Shown here: positions 62,921 through 64,000 of the stretch, in pieces
Layout: every line of letters begins with the position of its first letter
Numbering within the stretch: the stretch's first letter is position 1
From: Chiloscyllium plagiosum
Taxonomy: Eukaryota
Assembly: GCF_004010195.1 (NCBI RefSeq)
Contig: NC_057718.1
Coordinates: forward strand, 76,830,079 to 76,894,078
DNA length: 64,000 bases
Reading direction: 5' to 3'
Made by a program: the position numbers and the translations under genes
Notes under the pieces: generated by a model
The model's database searches: none
What the model was told of the DNA's origin: nothing
Seen by the model: only the letters and a program-made list of their open reading frames with translations

Positions 62921-64000
62921 AAAGTTAGAAATCACACAATGCCAGGTTGTAGACCAACAGGTTTATTTGGAAGCACCGGGTCACCGTTCCAAGTTGCCTT
63001 CTGACCTTTTAAGAGTAACCATTTGCTAATTCAAACTGAAACAAAAAAATCCATTTCCCTCCATTTTAAACAATCATAAAAATTGCAAAAGCATTGGAAG
63101 AAAAATCACAATATTATCACTTAATGTTATAATTACTGCTTTCTTCTTTCACCCCGTAGAACTCTTGTGCATCTAGCCCTTGAGGTGACTGGTCTGTGTT
63201 TCGTTCTATTTTTAGAAGTTCACATTAAAACATTCAAATACAGAGAAGAACTATTAAGTTAATCAATATCTTGCCTTACTATTTTATTGACTGAGCTGTT
63301 TCTCATTTGGTCTTAACTGTATTGATTTTGATAAGCCAACAGTAGAATTCATATTATAAAACAAAACTTGTCTTTTGTATTTTTATTCTTTTTAAAATTG
63401 TGAACTGAAATAATAAATAATTGTTTTAAAAGCAGTGTTTGGCTAGGATTGTTGCATGTTTTGAAAAGCAAATAACCTAACATTCATGGCAAGCACCATT
63501 TAAATAGCTGTTTGACCAAGGAGTAATTAAAGTTTAGGTTGCAGACTAACTGGAGCTGAGGGATTCTGTATTCACTTGAATCTTCGGTGGGCAACAAGAA
63601 GTTGATTTGTCTGTTGGCTAGGACCAGTTGTCGATGACCAGGGCCTTTTTTTTGTCTTTCAATAAGAGTATGATTGGTTCTTAGGCAAACTAAACAGATT
63701 GGGCCTGGGAACAAAACATAGAGAAGTGATCAGAGCTTCACCAGCTCAGGAGCTATCTCTTTGTTGTCTGTAGTCCAAAACCCATTTTAAACATGAATAT
63801 TCCACACTGTAAGTAATCTAATCTAATCTGATGAGTCAGATACCACTTTTGTAAGTTAAATAGTCACCCTTGCAAACCATTGGAAGCATTTAGATAAGAA
63901 AAACCGTGGGAAAGAAAACTTCTTTAGCAAGAACGAGCTCAAAAGATTTTGTGAACAAAGGCTACAGAACTGTTTTTTTCACTTTTCTCTTCACCCATTC

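Noticed and set aside
63160..63184. Candidate next CEP43 exon after ccccgtag
   Set aside because: Peptide does not resemble the expected GSLASLSDAPP segment, which is probably beyond the window

Overview
AT-rich vertebrate genomic DNA, very likely from a cartilaginous fish (shark-type HE1/V-SINEs, HER1/CR1 LINEs, a SacSINE1-like DeuSINE). The whole window lies inside one + strand gene, CEP43 (FGFR1OP/FOP). I can assemble 11 internal GT-AG exons in one open frame (1856-51858); start and stop are outside the window. Relative to the human protein as I recall it, the gene has an extra in-frame five-exon block encoding an EF-hand pair and two extra phase-2 exons. The introns are packed with nested transposons: CR1, Rex1/Babar, decayed Gypsy, decayed pogo/Tigger, SINEs and Penelope-like elements (PLEs). 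The main non-coding signal is about 20 minimal hammerhead-ribozyme (HHR) motifs from at least four PLE-related families. Many sit in short non-coding palindromic inserts with 11-15 bp target-site duplications (TSDs). One insert has a head-to-tail 210-nt HHR unit resembling a retrozyme/circular-RNA monomer. All calls are by eye; repeat boundaries are approximate and family labels A-D are my own.
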